A program made the position numbers and the translations under genes. From Syncephalis fuscata S228 (lineage: Eukaryota; Fungi; Zoopagomycota), in NCBI GenBank assembly GCA_025786725.1, contig JAHLTZ010000011.1:684693-748692 (forward strand): a stretch of 64,000 nucleotides of DNA, written 5' to 3'. The notes beneath the pieces are model-generated. The model worked only from the letters and a program-made list of their open reading frames with translations, was not told where the DNA came from and searched no databases. Below, piece by piece: positions 41,679-54,884 of the stretch (position 1 is the first letter of the stretch; every line of letters begins with the position of its first letter).

Positions 41679-43574
41679 ATGCGTTTATCAAATTGGTCTG
41701 CGTTATGCGCAACTTTCATTATAATGAAACTGGCTGATGAAAGTATAACTCTAACGGAATCTGCGCCTATAAGGGTAGGTATTTGCCAGTATTACGTACA
41801 TATTAATTAAATGTTTTATCTATTGATAGCTCCCCACCCTCAAGCTGCCAAATCTTCCTACATTCAATTCATTTAAACCATCTACAACAATTGGAGCACC
41901 AACGACAGGGTGGAAGCTTCCAAATATGCCATCGGTTTTTACTCCTAAAATTTTACCAGCTAACGGTGCGGTAAAGTCAGCAACTGTGCCAACTGTGGCG
42001 ACAATGCCAAATGTGGCGACAATATCAACTGCAAATACGGGGGTTTTAAAAACAAATCCACTAAATACTAATGCAGTTTCGAATACAGCAAATGTTGGTT
42101 CTATAAGCTCAATGATTCCAAACAATGCATTTAATTCTCAAACATCTCATAACGCCAATACAGCTGTTACTGCTAGTACTAACAATGCTAATAGAGGTGT
42201 TACCGCTAGTACCAACAATGCCAATACAGCTGTTACTGCTAATACCAACAATGCCAATACAGCTGTTACTACTGGTACCAACAATGCCAATACAGCTGTT
42301 ACTAATACAGCTGCTACTACTGGTACTAATACAGCTGCTACTACTGGTACTAATACAGCTGCTACTACTGGTACTAATACAGCTGCTACTACTGGTACTA
42401 ATACAGCTGCTACTACTGGTACTAATACAGCTGCTACTACTGGTACTAATACAGCTGCTGCTATTGGTACTACTACCGGCGCTACTAATGGTGTCAGCGT
42501 TGGTACAAATACTGGTGAAGCCGGAACGTATAACGGTGGTGGCACAGGCTCTACTAATCAGGGAAATCATCGAGATGACGGCAATGGGGGTTCATCACAT
42601 AATTCAAACTCTGATAATCAAATGACCCAAATGGTTATGCAGATGGAAGCAAATTCGCAAAAGGCAAATGCCCAAGCAGCAAAATATGCTGCGTGGGTGC
42701 TGCACTACCAGCTGTTGTTGGTGCAGGTGCTACAGCTTATGGAAACTCGGAATCAACAAAGGCTGCGACTGCAGCTGCGGCCGCACAAAATGATGCTAAT
42801 GTTAAGATTGAGCAAATGCGATCTGATGCTACTCAAAAGTCTGTAGAAAGTAGCGAAAAGCTTGCTGAACAGCAAATTGCTGTAACTAAGGAGGCGAATA
42901 AGGCATCACTTGATCAGGCGGCTGCACAAGCAGAAATGCAAAACAAGGTGAATAACCAAGCACTTGATCAAAGCAAGGCAATTTTCGATCTTCAAATGGC
43001 AGCCGCCAAAGGAGGTAATAATCAAGTACCTGCAGCAAACACTGTGACCGGTGCAGCAAATTCTGGCGCTGGAACTGCCACACCAAACTCTACTGGAACT
43101 GCCACACCAGGTTCTAGCGCTACCGGCGGCCAGACGAATTCTAATACCAACATGGCAGGTACTGCTAACGGTCAAATGAATTCTAATACCAACATGGCAG
43201 GCACTGCTAACGGTCAAATGAATTCTAATGCCAATATGGCAGGTACTGCTAACGGTCAAATGAATTCTAATACCAACATGGCAGGCACTGCTAACGGTCA
43301 AATGAATTCTAATGCCAACATGGCAGGTACTGCTAACGGTCAAATGAATTCTAATGCCAACATGGCAGGTACTGCTAACGGTCAAATGAATTCTAATGCC
43401 AACATGGCAGGTATTACCAATGGTCAGATAAATTCTAATGCCAACATGGCAGGTATTACCAATGGTCAGATAAATTCTAATACCAACATGGCAGGTACTG
43501 CTAACAGCCAGATGCTTGCTAATACTGGCTCTACCATGGCTTCCGGTGCAAATAACGCACAATTTCATGTCTGA
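41679..43574 (+). CDS. Putative secreted Asn/Thr/Ala/Gly-rich protein with three tandem-repeat arrays; 1-nt frameshift at ~42692 joins ORFs 41926 and 42693
   Basis: Exon 1 MRLSNWSALCATFIIMKLA...SAPIR, intron 41775-41829; arrays (TNNANTAVTAS)x4-5, (TNTAATTG)x7, (NSNANMAGTANGQM)x9. Confidence 0.75.
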
Positions 43575-44505
43575 TTGAGAAAATAAGATTTAGTATTGCT
43601 TATTCCAAACTCTGATATTTTAGCTATGGCACCAGCCAATAGTATTTACAATAACACAAACTACTTATATCAGTACATTTATCCAAAAACAAGTAGTCCA
43701 TTTAAAGCCATAAATACCGGACTGAAAATGAATTTCATTTATTTTAAAGCTGGACTTTTTATAAATGTTTAAATGATTTATTGCTCTGTTGTTTTTTTGA
43801 TGATAAATTTTGAATTAAAGCTTTACTTTTTGATATAACATAATTATTTCTTTGCTAATGTATTAGATAATGGTGTATGTGTAACACTGATTATAAAGAT
43901 AGCATACAGTTTATCGGTTCAGTAAACAAACTAAATCTAATTAAAGCTATAGTCAAATAATGTTTACATATAATGTAGATTGTCTGCATGCATTTAGTAA
44001 ATTTTAAATTAACAATGAAAGAAGTATACGAATATTTGTGATAAAACTATAGCTTGTTTAAGCCAAATCAAAGTCTACAAAAAATATAGTTAACAATAAA
44101 AATACGATTTGACTAGTAAATCATAATTGATAGAACATAATAGTATATAGCAAATAAAACAGGTTTACTTTATGATATAATGATATAGGTGAGTAGAGTA
44201 TATATGTGGTAAAGGAAATGTGCTGGTGCCAATTTTACTAATTTTAGCTGATGAACACATAGCTCGGCTTTGCCACTCTAAGCATGGCGCGCTTTTAATA
44301 TAAATAAGATGAATAGTGCGCGTATAATTAAATAAAAAAGAACAAGGAGCAGTTCACGTTTAAGTTATATTTAGTCGTTTATTTTAAAGCAAGTCCGAGT
44401 ACTTGTCGAGTCTATTCGTGTGATCGTATACATCTCAGAGTTGAGGTGTCGTGTTAATTACTATCTTAGTTCTCACTTTAAGCGTACACTTAAATCCTTT
44501 TCAGG

Positions 44506-45660
44506 ATGAGCCTCCCAATAAATCGTGGAGACGAACAACTACCACAACTGGAGCCCAATGCGGGGGGCTCTAGAGTGCACGCCTACCCCGTGAAGCCGCC
44601 CAAGCGTTATAATGGAGGATGTATCGAGGAATTTCTATCACAATATGATAAATACGCGAGATATATGGAGTGGACAGATGAAGAAACCATCCGGTGTCTA
44701 CTCAACTACACCAGAGGAGATGTTGCGCACATCGTAACGTCAAGTCCAGAAGGAATGAGTGGAGATTGGCAAGCGTTGAAGAAAGAACTGTTGATGGCGT
44801 ATGGTAGGAAGCCCACTAAGAAGTCACCGGAAGAGCGAGTATCCGCGCTGCTTAAAAGCGGTTTCAATTATGCGCAGCCCGTATCATTCCTAAATCAATA
44901 TAATCTATTGTGCAAATGTGTAATTGACATGCCAGAGCGTGAAAAAATCCGAAGATTGTGCAAGATTATAGATAAGACTCATTTAAGAATGTGCTTCACC
45001 AAGATGCCGCGAGACAACTATACATATCAACAACTGTGCGACGCGCTGGTGAACGTGTGTGAAGACGACAAGGCGTTGCACATCGCCCTTGGTATAACAG
45101 ATTCGGATGAAGACAGTGACCTTGACAGGGATGAGAACGAATCAGATGAAGAAGCCGTCATCATCAAGAAGGAGAAGAAAGTCAAAGAGAGGATTAACAA
45201 GAAAGCAGATGAATCTGGAAAGAAGAATCAAGATCATATCACCATAGAACGAAAGGTAGACGATCTATCAGAACAGTTCCGACAACTGGTGTTGCTAGTC
45301 GAAAAACAGCAAGACAACAGAGGACGAATGGACGGGCGAGACAGAAGGAATTTGCTGTGCTTGTATTGCGATTCGCCAGATCATGTTAAAAGTCAATGCG
45401 GACTATTGACTGATGATTTACGAAACAAATTGGTTACATTGGACGCTGGTAAAGTCACATACCCTAATGGTTCGCTTGTTCCGTTGAATGCTGGTCGAGG
45501 CGGCATGCGCAAATTACTGGTCGATACGGCTAACGTACGAATGATTACTGCCGAGCAACCGATCAAGTACGACCTTACTTGGGAAAGCGATGTTCAGTTA
45601 ACGACTATAGAGCCAGAAATCGTAGTAGAGGATGTAGAACATATAGCCGAGTCAATATGA
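44506..45660 (+). CDS. gag: Gag of element A
   Basis: Retrotransposon gag-like N-terminus and CCHC knuckle. Confidence 0.85.
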   Translation: MSLPINRGDEQLPQLEPNAGGSRVHAYPVKPPKRYNGGCIEEFLSQYDKYARYMEWTDEETIRCLLNYTRGDVAHIVTSSPEGMSGDWQALKKELLMAYGRKPTKKSPEERVSALLKSGFNYAQPVSFLNQYNLLCKCVIDMPEREKIRRLCKIIDKTHLRMCFTKMPRDNYTYQQLCDALVNVCEDDKALHIALGITDSDEDSDLDRDENESDEEAVIIKKEKKVKERINKKADESGKKNQDHITIERKVDDLSEQFRQLVLLVEKQQDNRGRMDGRDRRNLLCLYCDSPDHVKSQCGLLTDDLRNKLVTLDAGKVTYPNGSLVPLNAGRGGMRKLLVDTANVRMITAEQPIKYDLTWESDVQLTTIEPEIVVEDVEHIAESI

Positions 45661-46008
45661 AACGGAGTACGTGTAGGCACTCGTCAAGCGTCGGAAGCGG
45701 TGCCAGTAGAAACCCGTGAAGCTGGTAGTATGACGGAAAGGCAGGACGCGGCCACCAGCCACGCATCAATACCGTTCTGTCATCGAGGAAGGAGCTGATG
45801 TGGATGGCACTGTCGATAGCTGCTACGTAGCGCGCAGGTGACGATGCCGCTACAAGATTACCTGTCAACATCGTCTGTTGCCAGAAAGAAGATGGCTGAG
45901 TTGGTCAGTCGTAAGAAGGTCCATCGATACTATGGTACAACAAGCCGTGGTGTATGTAGACGGATTGTCAACGATAGACGGCACTATAGTAGCTAGGCCA
46001 ACTGCAAA

Positions 46009-48903
46009 GTGACGGGACGAGTGGCAGGAGAGCCGGTAGAAATCCAAATCGATCCTGGTGCTGAAATAAGTGTAATATCTGGCAAGTTATATGACCAGAT
46101 TGGTAATCTACCATTGGATGCGGCGCGAGCATGGTCGATGGGTAATGCTTCTGGTACAGCGTCTAAGTCTAGAGGCATGTGTATCAACGTACCAGTGACC
46201 ATTGGAGGAGTAACGATAAACGCACATCTAATAGTTGTAGATGGAGCACCGTTCGACGCGTTGGTTGGAATGCCTTGGTTAGAAGAAGCGTTATGGGAGG
46301 TCAAACGAGAAGACGGAAGAGCGTGGGTACACATAACTGATGGCCGAAGCGCGGCTAAGTTCCCTGCGGCTCCTACAATGGTATCAGCCAGTGGTAGAGG
46401 CCAGCAAGACCAACGTAAGAATGTGAATAGTGTTACGGTGCTACGAGAAAAGAGAGTGAGGACGAAATAGTGATAGGTACGATTACCATGCGTGAATCAG
46501 TAACAACAGGTAATACTGCGTCCGTGTATGCCGCTAAATACAAGCCGGTCGGAAAGAAGAAATTACCAATTGCCGTGGCAGTACCAAACGGAGAAGAAGC
46601 TGAAGACGAAGAACGAATTGAGAGCAGCGAGTCAAGATTGACTGATGAGCGTATAGCAGACATGGTTATTGGAAACGGTCAGTTAACAGAAGAAGAGACC
46701 GCGTACTTCATTGAGCAATTACGCTCTATAGACGAAGTTTTTGCATTCAACGACGGAGAGATGGGTAAGCTTAAGGCGGAAATAGAACCACCTGTAAGAA
46801 TACCAACTGTACCGCATGTGCCATGGACGCAAGCTTCGATACCGGTACCAAGAGCAACATTCAGTAGAGTAGTAGAGTTATTGCGGGAAAAGATGAATAG
46901 CGGAATTATTGAGCCAAGTACTGGTGCTTATAGTAATCGATGGTTTGTGATTGCTAAGAAAGATGGATCTAAGTTGCGATTCATACAAGATCTACAACAA
47001 GCCAATTCTGTTAGTATCAAGAATGCCAATGCACCGCCGCTGTCAGAAGAACTTACTGAAGACGTGTCAGGTAGATCTATTATATCTACGTTTGATCTAT
47101 ATTCCGGTTACGATCAAATCCCTGTCGACAATCGTGATCGTGATATATTCTCATTGATGACGCCGATTGGACTGGTGAGGATGACACGGTTACCTATGGG
47201 TTGGTGTAATAGTGTCGGAGTGTTTCAGCGGATCGTAAATAAGATACTGAGTGAGTATATGCCGCATACAGTAGGCATATTCGTGGACGACGGGATAGTT
47301 AAAGGATCGGTGGAGAAGAATGAAAGTATTGTATTGCCAGGAGTGAGAGCGTTTGTGTTTGATCATGTAGCTGACGTAGTAAAAGTGTTAAAGGCTTTGA
47401 GTAAGGCGGGAATAACAGTCAGTGGAAAGAAATGCAGATTTGGTATGGATGAGGTGGAAGTGTTAGGTTACCAGTGTACCCAACTAGGAAGAACTGTAAC
47501 TCCGGATAAGACGGTTAAGATTACGCAATGGCCAACACCAGTCGATAAGAAGCAAGTACGAGCATTTGTGGCCTGTTGTGCATTCTACCGAGTGCTTATT
47601 CCTCACTTCTCTACGATCGCCGAGCCATTGTATTATCTACAGAAGAAGAAAGTAGTATTTCACTGGAAAGGTGAACAACAACGAGCATTCGATGCGCTAA
47701 AACGAAGTATTAGTGAAAGACCAGTCATACGACCGCCGGTGTATGGTGACGACAATCGACCACTTATCTTAACAGTAGATGCTAGTCCTGTTGGTGCTGG
47801 CGCTGTGTTGGGACAATGCGATGAAGAAGGAGTGAAGTATGCTGTGCGGTATGACAGTTGTTTATTTAACGGTGCGCAGAGACGATACGCACAAGTCAAA
47901 CGAGAATTATTTGGTTTATATCAGATGGTGAAGAAAATGAGGAAATATGTGCATGGTGTGAAATTTATCATTGAGACAGACGCTAGACCTGTCATCGGCA
48001 TGCTGAGAAAGCCTGATTTACCTAATGATGCAGCAAGTCGATGGGTAGCTTACCTTTCGTTGTTTAATTATGAAATACGTCATATTCCGGGTGATAAGAA
48101 CGTAGTAGCTGATGCGCTTAGTCGTGTTGACATGGGACAAGAAATGTTGACAGATGAAGATGATGAAGATGACAAGGTGTTATGGAACTATCACATCGAG
48201 GACGTCAGCGGTGATGAATTATTTGGAGTGACTAGTGTCAAACAAGTTAATACTGATAAAATGACAGCTAGGTCGCCCTATTATTATTTATTGTATTTTC
48301 TCGAGCATGGTTGCATGCACAACGACTGTAATGATAGCAACAAGAAGAGGATTAGAACTCAGTTGAAGAAGTTTTTTATTAGCGATGGATTATTATTTCG
48401 GCGAGCGAAGACAGGAATGCCTAAGCGAGTCATAGATGAAGAAGAAGAACAATTGCGTGTGACAACGATGGTGCACGATGGACATCCATTTGCCCATAGA
48501 GGAGTAGAAGCAACATATAGGTTGTGCAGTGATCGATTTTATTGGTACGGGATGTACAACACTTGCAAAGAGTGGTGAAAAGATGTGACATATGTCAGCG
48601 TACGCAAAGGAAAGGACAAGTAGAAGAGCTAAAACCGTTTATTGGTTCTACATTGTTCAAACGCATTGGATTCGATTTAGTTAGACTTCCAGAAGCCACG
48701 ACGGGTGAGATATATTTAGCAGTGGCCAGGGACGACTTCAGTGGATGGGTAGAAGCAAGAGCGCTGTGTAAAAATAACGCGGTAGAAGCATACAAATTTT
48801 TATATGAAGATGTTATATGTCGGTTTGGTATACCTAGTGAAGTAGTAGCAGATCGTGGTGAACTTTATGGGCTGTTGATACGTCATGTAGCTGCTAAGGA
48901 CGG
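46009..48903 (+). CDS. pol: Pol of element A (PR-RT-RH-partial IN), frameshifted
   Basis: ORFs 46009-46470, 46470-48578 and 48542 onward carry consecutive domains. Confidence 0.85.
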
Positions 48904-49074
48904 TGTAACAACCGTAAAATAGGATATAATGGAATAAAGATTATCTTTTATTAAACAGAAATTGTGTGTTATTTATAAGCTTTGCGGAGCTTTAATTTAA
49001 GGTGTTGTGGGAAAATAATTGCATAATATTTAAATTATACAATTATTTCCCGTAACGAATATAATATCGTTACA
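48904..49074 (-). repeat. 3' LTR of element B
   Basis: Direct repeat of 59312-59482. Confidence 0.95.
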
Positions 49075-49088
49075 TCATCCCCCTTGGA

Positions 49089-50878
49089 TTAACGCCGACT
49101 CTGGTGTTGCTTTTCATACTCTTGTACTAGTATTGATGCGTTGTCTAAGTCACGTAACGATTGCCAGGTTGCATCATGTTCCGCATAGCCTTTCCATTTA
49201 ACGAGATATTCTATTTTGTTGCGTTTGACCCGTTTAGCTAATATGCTTTCTACTTCGTATTCTTCGTTGCCATCTATTATTTCCGGTGGTGGCGGTGGCG
49301 GGTAACGATCTATAAACTCTGGCGGGTTTTCTTCGTACTTCTTTAGCAGACTAACATGGAACACATTGTGCATTTTCATGTTAGGTGCTAATTGTAGTTT
49401 GTACGCTACAGTCGATACCCGTTGAATGACCTTAAATGGTCCCGTAAATTGATGAGCCAATTTACGTTTTGGTCGTTCACGTTCCGCTTCTGGTGTCAAA
49501 TTCTTTGTTGATAACAGCACCATATCGTCAACTTTAAATTCTACTTCTCTTCGTTTCTGATCTGCATATTGTTTTTGTCGTTCTTGTGCTTTCTTTAACG
49601 CTTCGCGTGTTTCTAAATAAATGTCATTCATCTTTTGCAGGAATGCAGCAGTACTTTGCACGTTAGTTTTGTTGCCGAAGTTGTGTTGTCGTACTAAATC
49701 GTCTGGCATGTAGGGGTGGCTACCCAAATCAGTATAGAATGGCGATTTACCAGTTGATGACTGCTTAGCATTATTGTACGCAAATTCAACTAATGCTAAA
49801 TGTTGATCCCAGTCATTTTGCTGATAGTTAACGCATGTACGTAATAATTGTTCTAGCGTGCGGTTTACGCGTTCTGTTTGGCCATCTGTTTCGGGATGAA
49901 ATGCTGTTGACATAAATATACGTACGTTAAGTATTTTATGTAGTTCTTGCCAAAATTTACTGGTAAACTTGGCGTCACGGTCGCATACAATAGAGCGGGG
50001 CATGCCATGAAGACGTACAATGTTCTGCATGAACAATTGTGCAACGTCAACAGCCGTAGCTGTCGTCTTCATCGGTACGAAGTGAGCGCGCTTAGTAAAG
50101 CGGTCGATTACAACAAAAATAGCATCATAACCACTACTAGTACGTGGCAATTGCACTATAAAATCCATTGCAATATCGCGCCAACGTCCTTCCGGAATTT
50201 GAAGTGGTTGTAATAGTCCACCAGGTAACTGCTGGGAGTGTTTAGTGCGTTGGCACACTTCACATGACCTAATATAACGCTTTGTCATGTTGGACAATCC
50301 AGGCCAATAATATTTACGCTTAATGGCTGCAATAGTCTTTTCTTCGCCGAAGTGAGCAGCTGCATCGTGATGATCATTAAGTATATCCAAATATAGATTA
50401 TCGTAATTTGGTATGCATAATCGTGGTTCAATGTCTTTTAACTCGTACATTAATCCATGATCATCAAGCCGAAAATGTCGCGAAATTTTAACTGCCGCAG
50501 CATTGCCTGCAGCCCTTCCTCCCATAAGAACATTCTTTACACCTGTAAAGTGTTCATCATGATCGTAACCAGCTAAAACACGCTGTTGGAATAAAGAGAG
50601 ATTTGTAGCATTTATAGCGTTATAACTAGGCGATGTACGTCGTGATAATGCATCGGCTACAACATTAGCACGGCCTGGCTTATATATGATATCAAAATCA
50701 TATTGATGCAACTGCTCAATCCAACGCGTTTGGCGTGATGACATTTCCTTTTGCTTAAACAGGCGCGTAAGCGGTGCATGGTCAGTATATATTACGAAAT
50801 GGCCATAACTAAGATATGGGCGCCATAACTTAGTAGCTTCTAGAATAGCTAACATTTCTTTATCGTATGTAGCATAAT
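49089..50878 (-). CDS. pol: Element B Pol, 3' part (end of RNase H, integrase, chromodomain)
   Basis: IYTDH, ADALSR, H2C2, MDF...DRD...E, EYEVESIL...YLVKWKGY. Confidence 0.93.
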
Positions 50879-51216
50879 TGTAACCGTAGATACAGCGAAC
50901 TGTTGCGGTTACTACGAGTCACAATACAATAATGTATATAAAATAAAAATGAATATTGAAAGTGAACTAATGTCTTTATTTGTGGTCATAATCATACGCG
51001 TATTTATATTGTTCTATTGGATATATGGAATATCTAAGTAGAACAATAAAAGAAAATAAAATAAAAATAAAAGAAAATAAAAGATAAAGATAAAACAATA
51101 CGCGGTGGCGGAGTGTTAACTTCATCGTGGACCATGTGTGATGATCGGTGTGTTTAAACACCGATCATAATGTCTAAAAATGGTAATAATAAATGAGAGG
51201 GAGAATTTTTGTTACA
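50879..51216 (-). repeat. 3' LTR of element C
   Basis: Direct repeat of 56105-56442. Confidence 0.95.
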
Positions 51217-51231
51217 ATACCCCCCTCCCTC

Positions 51232-54200
51232 TCAGGCGCTTGTCCCAAGTGCTAATCGTATGTGTGTGGAGTGTTCGTATTGATTTAATAGTTCTTGAGC
51301 ATTTTGCAAGTTTTCAATTGGCTCCCAAGAACTGTCATCTTTTGAGTATCCTTTCCATTTTACTAAGTATTCCTCCACGTCATTCATCCCCACTTTTCTT
51401 GTTCTTCTACCTATTATTCTTTCCACTTCCCACTCAGCTTGTCCTTCAATCATTTCTGGCATAGGCATAGTAATTGCCGTTGGTCGTCCTGGAAATACGT
51501 TCGGATCTTTATACCTGGTAAGCTGAGAGATGTGTATAACTGGGTGAATGCGCATGCCTGGTGGTAGTTCGATCTTGTACGCGGTCGGACTAATGACCTC
51601 TATGATAGTGTACGGGCCAGTTTTACGCGTACGAAGGGCGGAGTTTGACTGTTCTGCTACGTGTCGTGGCATTGTGTGTCGTGTTGACAGCATTACTCGA
51701 TCACCTATTTGGAAGGTGTCATCTCGACGTCGTTGGTTAGCATATTGTGCCTGTCTATCCTGAGCGTACGATATGTTGTCTTTTACCGCCTTTTGTATCG
51801 CTTCTAGTCGCTGTAAAAACTCCTCAGCTGCTGGTACTGTTATATTATCGCTATCAGCTGGCATAGTCGTTGTTATTGGATGACGTCCATATACAGAGAA
51901 GAAAGGTGTAATACCAGTAGTAGCGTTAGTACTATTGTTATAGGCAAATTCTAATGCAGGTAAGTATTTATCCCAATCATCTTGTTGTTGGCTAATAACA
52001 TGACGTAACATTTCTTCGATGGTTCTGTTGGTTCGCTCAGTCTGGCCGTCAGTCTGTGGATGATTTGCAGTTGATCTGGCTAATTTAGTACCGGTAAATT
52101 CAAATAAGGCTTCCCAGAATCGGCTAGTAAATCGTGGGTCACGATCAGAGATTATGGATCGTGGAAGACCATGTAGACGATATACATGGTCGAAGTATAG
52201 TCGTGCGGTGTCAACAGCTGTGACAGTGTTGGTAGTAGGCACGAAGTGGGCTTGTTTACTAAAGCGGTCAACTACTACCATTAACGCATCTGCACCTTTT
52301 TCAGTGAGTGGTAGATGTGTAATAAAATCCATACTAACTGAGTCCCATGCATGTGCAGGTATTTCAAGTGGTTGTAATAAGCCACCTGGTCGTCGATTAG
52401 TGGCCTTATTACGTTGGCAAGTATCGCAGGAAGTGACATAGCGGTGGACGGTGTTGTGTAGTGATGGCCAGTAAAAATGGCGATGAATAGCCAGGTATGT
52501 TTTATCTACACCTAGATGGCCGGCTACGATGGCATCGTGATGATCGTGTAGTATATCTTGACGTAATTGGTTATTTTTAGGTACACATAATCGATCACCG
52601 TTGAAATATAACAATCCATCAGTTAGTCGATACTTGACTAACTTGGTACGAAGAGCTGGAAGTGGCGTTGTCGTATTAAGCTGGGCGTATATTTCACCAA
52701 AGTCAACATCGTTGGCGTACAAGTTTTTAATTTGATCAATATATGTAAAACTGACAGTAGTTAAACTGGACAGTTGTAAATCAGGCCGTCTGGATAATGA
52801 ATCGGCTACAATATTGTTTTTCCCGGGCTTATATTCGATCAATACGTCATATTCTTGTAATAGTTCTGACCATCTTGCTTGTCTGGTTGATAAATTCGGT
52901 TGACTCTGGAAGTACTGCAAGGTTTTATGGTCAGTATACGCGTGAAATGACGATCCATGTAAGTAGTGGCGCCAAATCTTTAAAGCATCTATTAATGCTA
53001 ATAGTTCTTGTTCATGTACCGGATAATTGCGTTCAGCGGGCTTCATTTTGCGCGAATGATAAGCAATGGGGTGCCAATGGCCATCACGATCTTGCTGCAA
53101 CAAGGCAGCACCTACAGCAAAGCCAGAAGCATCGGTTTCTACACGGAAAGGCTGATGTACGTCGACTATTTGTAATACTGGAGCTTGGGTCATTGTCTTC
53201 TTTAGTATATCAAATGATTTTTGAGCTTCAATGGTCCATAAGAAACGACGATCTTGACATAGTAGATCGGTAAGTGGTGTGGCTATAGCAGAGTAATTTT
53301 TAATAAACTTTCTATAGTAGTTGGCCAAGCCTGTAAAAGCGCGTATATCAGTGACGTTTCGTGGTGTAGGCCAATCAGAAATGGCCTTTATCTTAGCTGG
53401 ATCAGCTTTTACACCATTAGCACATAGCAAATGGCCTAAATATTCAACTTCATCCTTAAATAATTCACATTTTGACCATTTGGCGTATAAGTGGTTGTCG
53501 CGAAGTATTTGTAATACTTGGCGTAGGTGTCGTTCGTGGTCTTCTGGTGTTTTACTGTAGATGAGAATATCGTCCAAATAGACAATAACACATTTGTCTA
53601 GTAATGGCCTAAATAGATAGTTTACCAGTGTTTGAAAACTGGATGGTGCATTACTTTGACCAAAACTAACTACTAGCCATTCAAAGTGACCATAGCGGGT
53701 GCGAAAGGCCGTCTTGGGTATATCCTCTTCTACTACACGTAGTTGATGATAAGCAGAGCGTAGATCTATCTTAGAAAAGACAGTTGCGCCTAACACTTGG
53801 TCGAATAAATCTTCAATCCTTGGCAATGGGTACTTGTTCTTGATAGTGATTTTATTCAGCGCTCGATAATCAACACACATGCGCATACCACCATCTTTCT
53901 TCTTGACGAAAAGAACAGGCGCACCGTAGGGCGATATACTAGGACGAATATATCCCGCGTCAAGTAATTCGGTAAGTTGTGTTTTAAGTTCTTTAAGTTC
54001 CAGAGGGGACAATCGTATAAGGCGTTACTGGGTGGTGTTGCGCCTGGTATCAAATCGATACGATGATCTAATCCATCACGTTTTGGCGGCAATTGTTTCG
54101 GTAGTTTGTCGGGAAATACGTCAGCAAAGTCGTTGCGTAATCCAGTCAATACTGGAGTGATGGATGGGTCATTTGAGTGATTAGCAGCTTCATTTAGCGG

Positions 54201-54884
54201 ATTATCGGCTGGTCGTACAATGGCTAGGTGTAATTCATCTGTTCGTTTAGCATAGCGTTTAAATTGTAAGGCAGATAATGGCAATATGGTTGGTTGTCTA
54301 TGTGCATTTGCTTGCCATACAATGTGTCGATTATCATGCATAAACGTAACAGTGTTAATTAACCAATCTATCTGTGGATTATAGCGGGCTAGCCACGGTT
54401 TACCGAGTATTACGTCGTGTTCTAAAGGAACAACCAAAAACGATAAACGGTCTTTGTAACCAGTGGAAGTAAGGAGCGCACCAGCCAGTTGGCGGTCACA
54501 CGTATACGAACGGCCATCTGCCACGTGTACGGTCGATGGGTATTTAACTTTATGGGTGTGTGCGCGAATATGTTTCACAAGATTTGCGGATACAAAGTTA
54601 TCAGCTGCTCCACTATCTATTAGTACCGTAACTTTTCTACCTAATAAACGAGCATTGATACGTAATAAATCGTGAGCGTGTGGATATTTTGACAATAAAC
54701 TTTGTTCCTTTAAAAGTGCATCAGTGTCATCAACAACATTAGCATGAGGAAATAATGGCGCAGAAACAAGCAATTCATCATCAGAAGTAAGCGAGAGAAG
54801 ATCGGGGGTGGCATCAACAGAAATAGTATTTAGTTGGGCACCAGTAGGTTGTGATGCTGACACTACTGGTGCTGGACTTTTCCC
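51232..54884 (-). CDS. pol: Element C Pol (PR-RT-RH-IN-chromodomain); apparent 1-nt loss at ~54015
   Basis: LIDSGA, YLDD, ETDAS, HH..GH..CDTC, SDRD, EWEVERI...YLVKWKGY. Confidence 0.93.
54811..54884 (-). promoter_or_regulatory. -1 ribosomal frameshift signal of element C
   Basis: G GGA AAA heptamer, 5-nt spacer, stem GCACCAGTAG/CTACTGGTGC, loop GCATCA complementary to downstream TGATGC. Confidence 0.8.

Larger units (their letters stand above)
44205..48903 (+). mobile_element. Ty3/Gypsy LTR retrotransposon A, 3'-truncated within integrase; putative 5' LTR ~44205-44503
   Basis: gag 44506-45660 (CLYCDSPDHVKSQC), protease IDPGAE, RT FVDDG, RNase H DAS, integrase H2C2 and ARDDFSGW...ADRGE. LTR boundaries (TGTGG...TTCA) are tentative because there is no second copy. 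Confidence 0.88.

Noticed and set aside
42109-43568. Antisense and alternative-frame repeat ORFs
   Set aside because: Shadows of the tandem repeats in the + strand gene.
53856-54020. Second programmed frameshift between protease and RT of element C
   Set aside because: No slippery site; explained by one C missing from TAC CGA, like the other indels.
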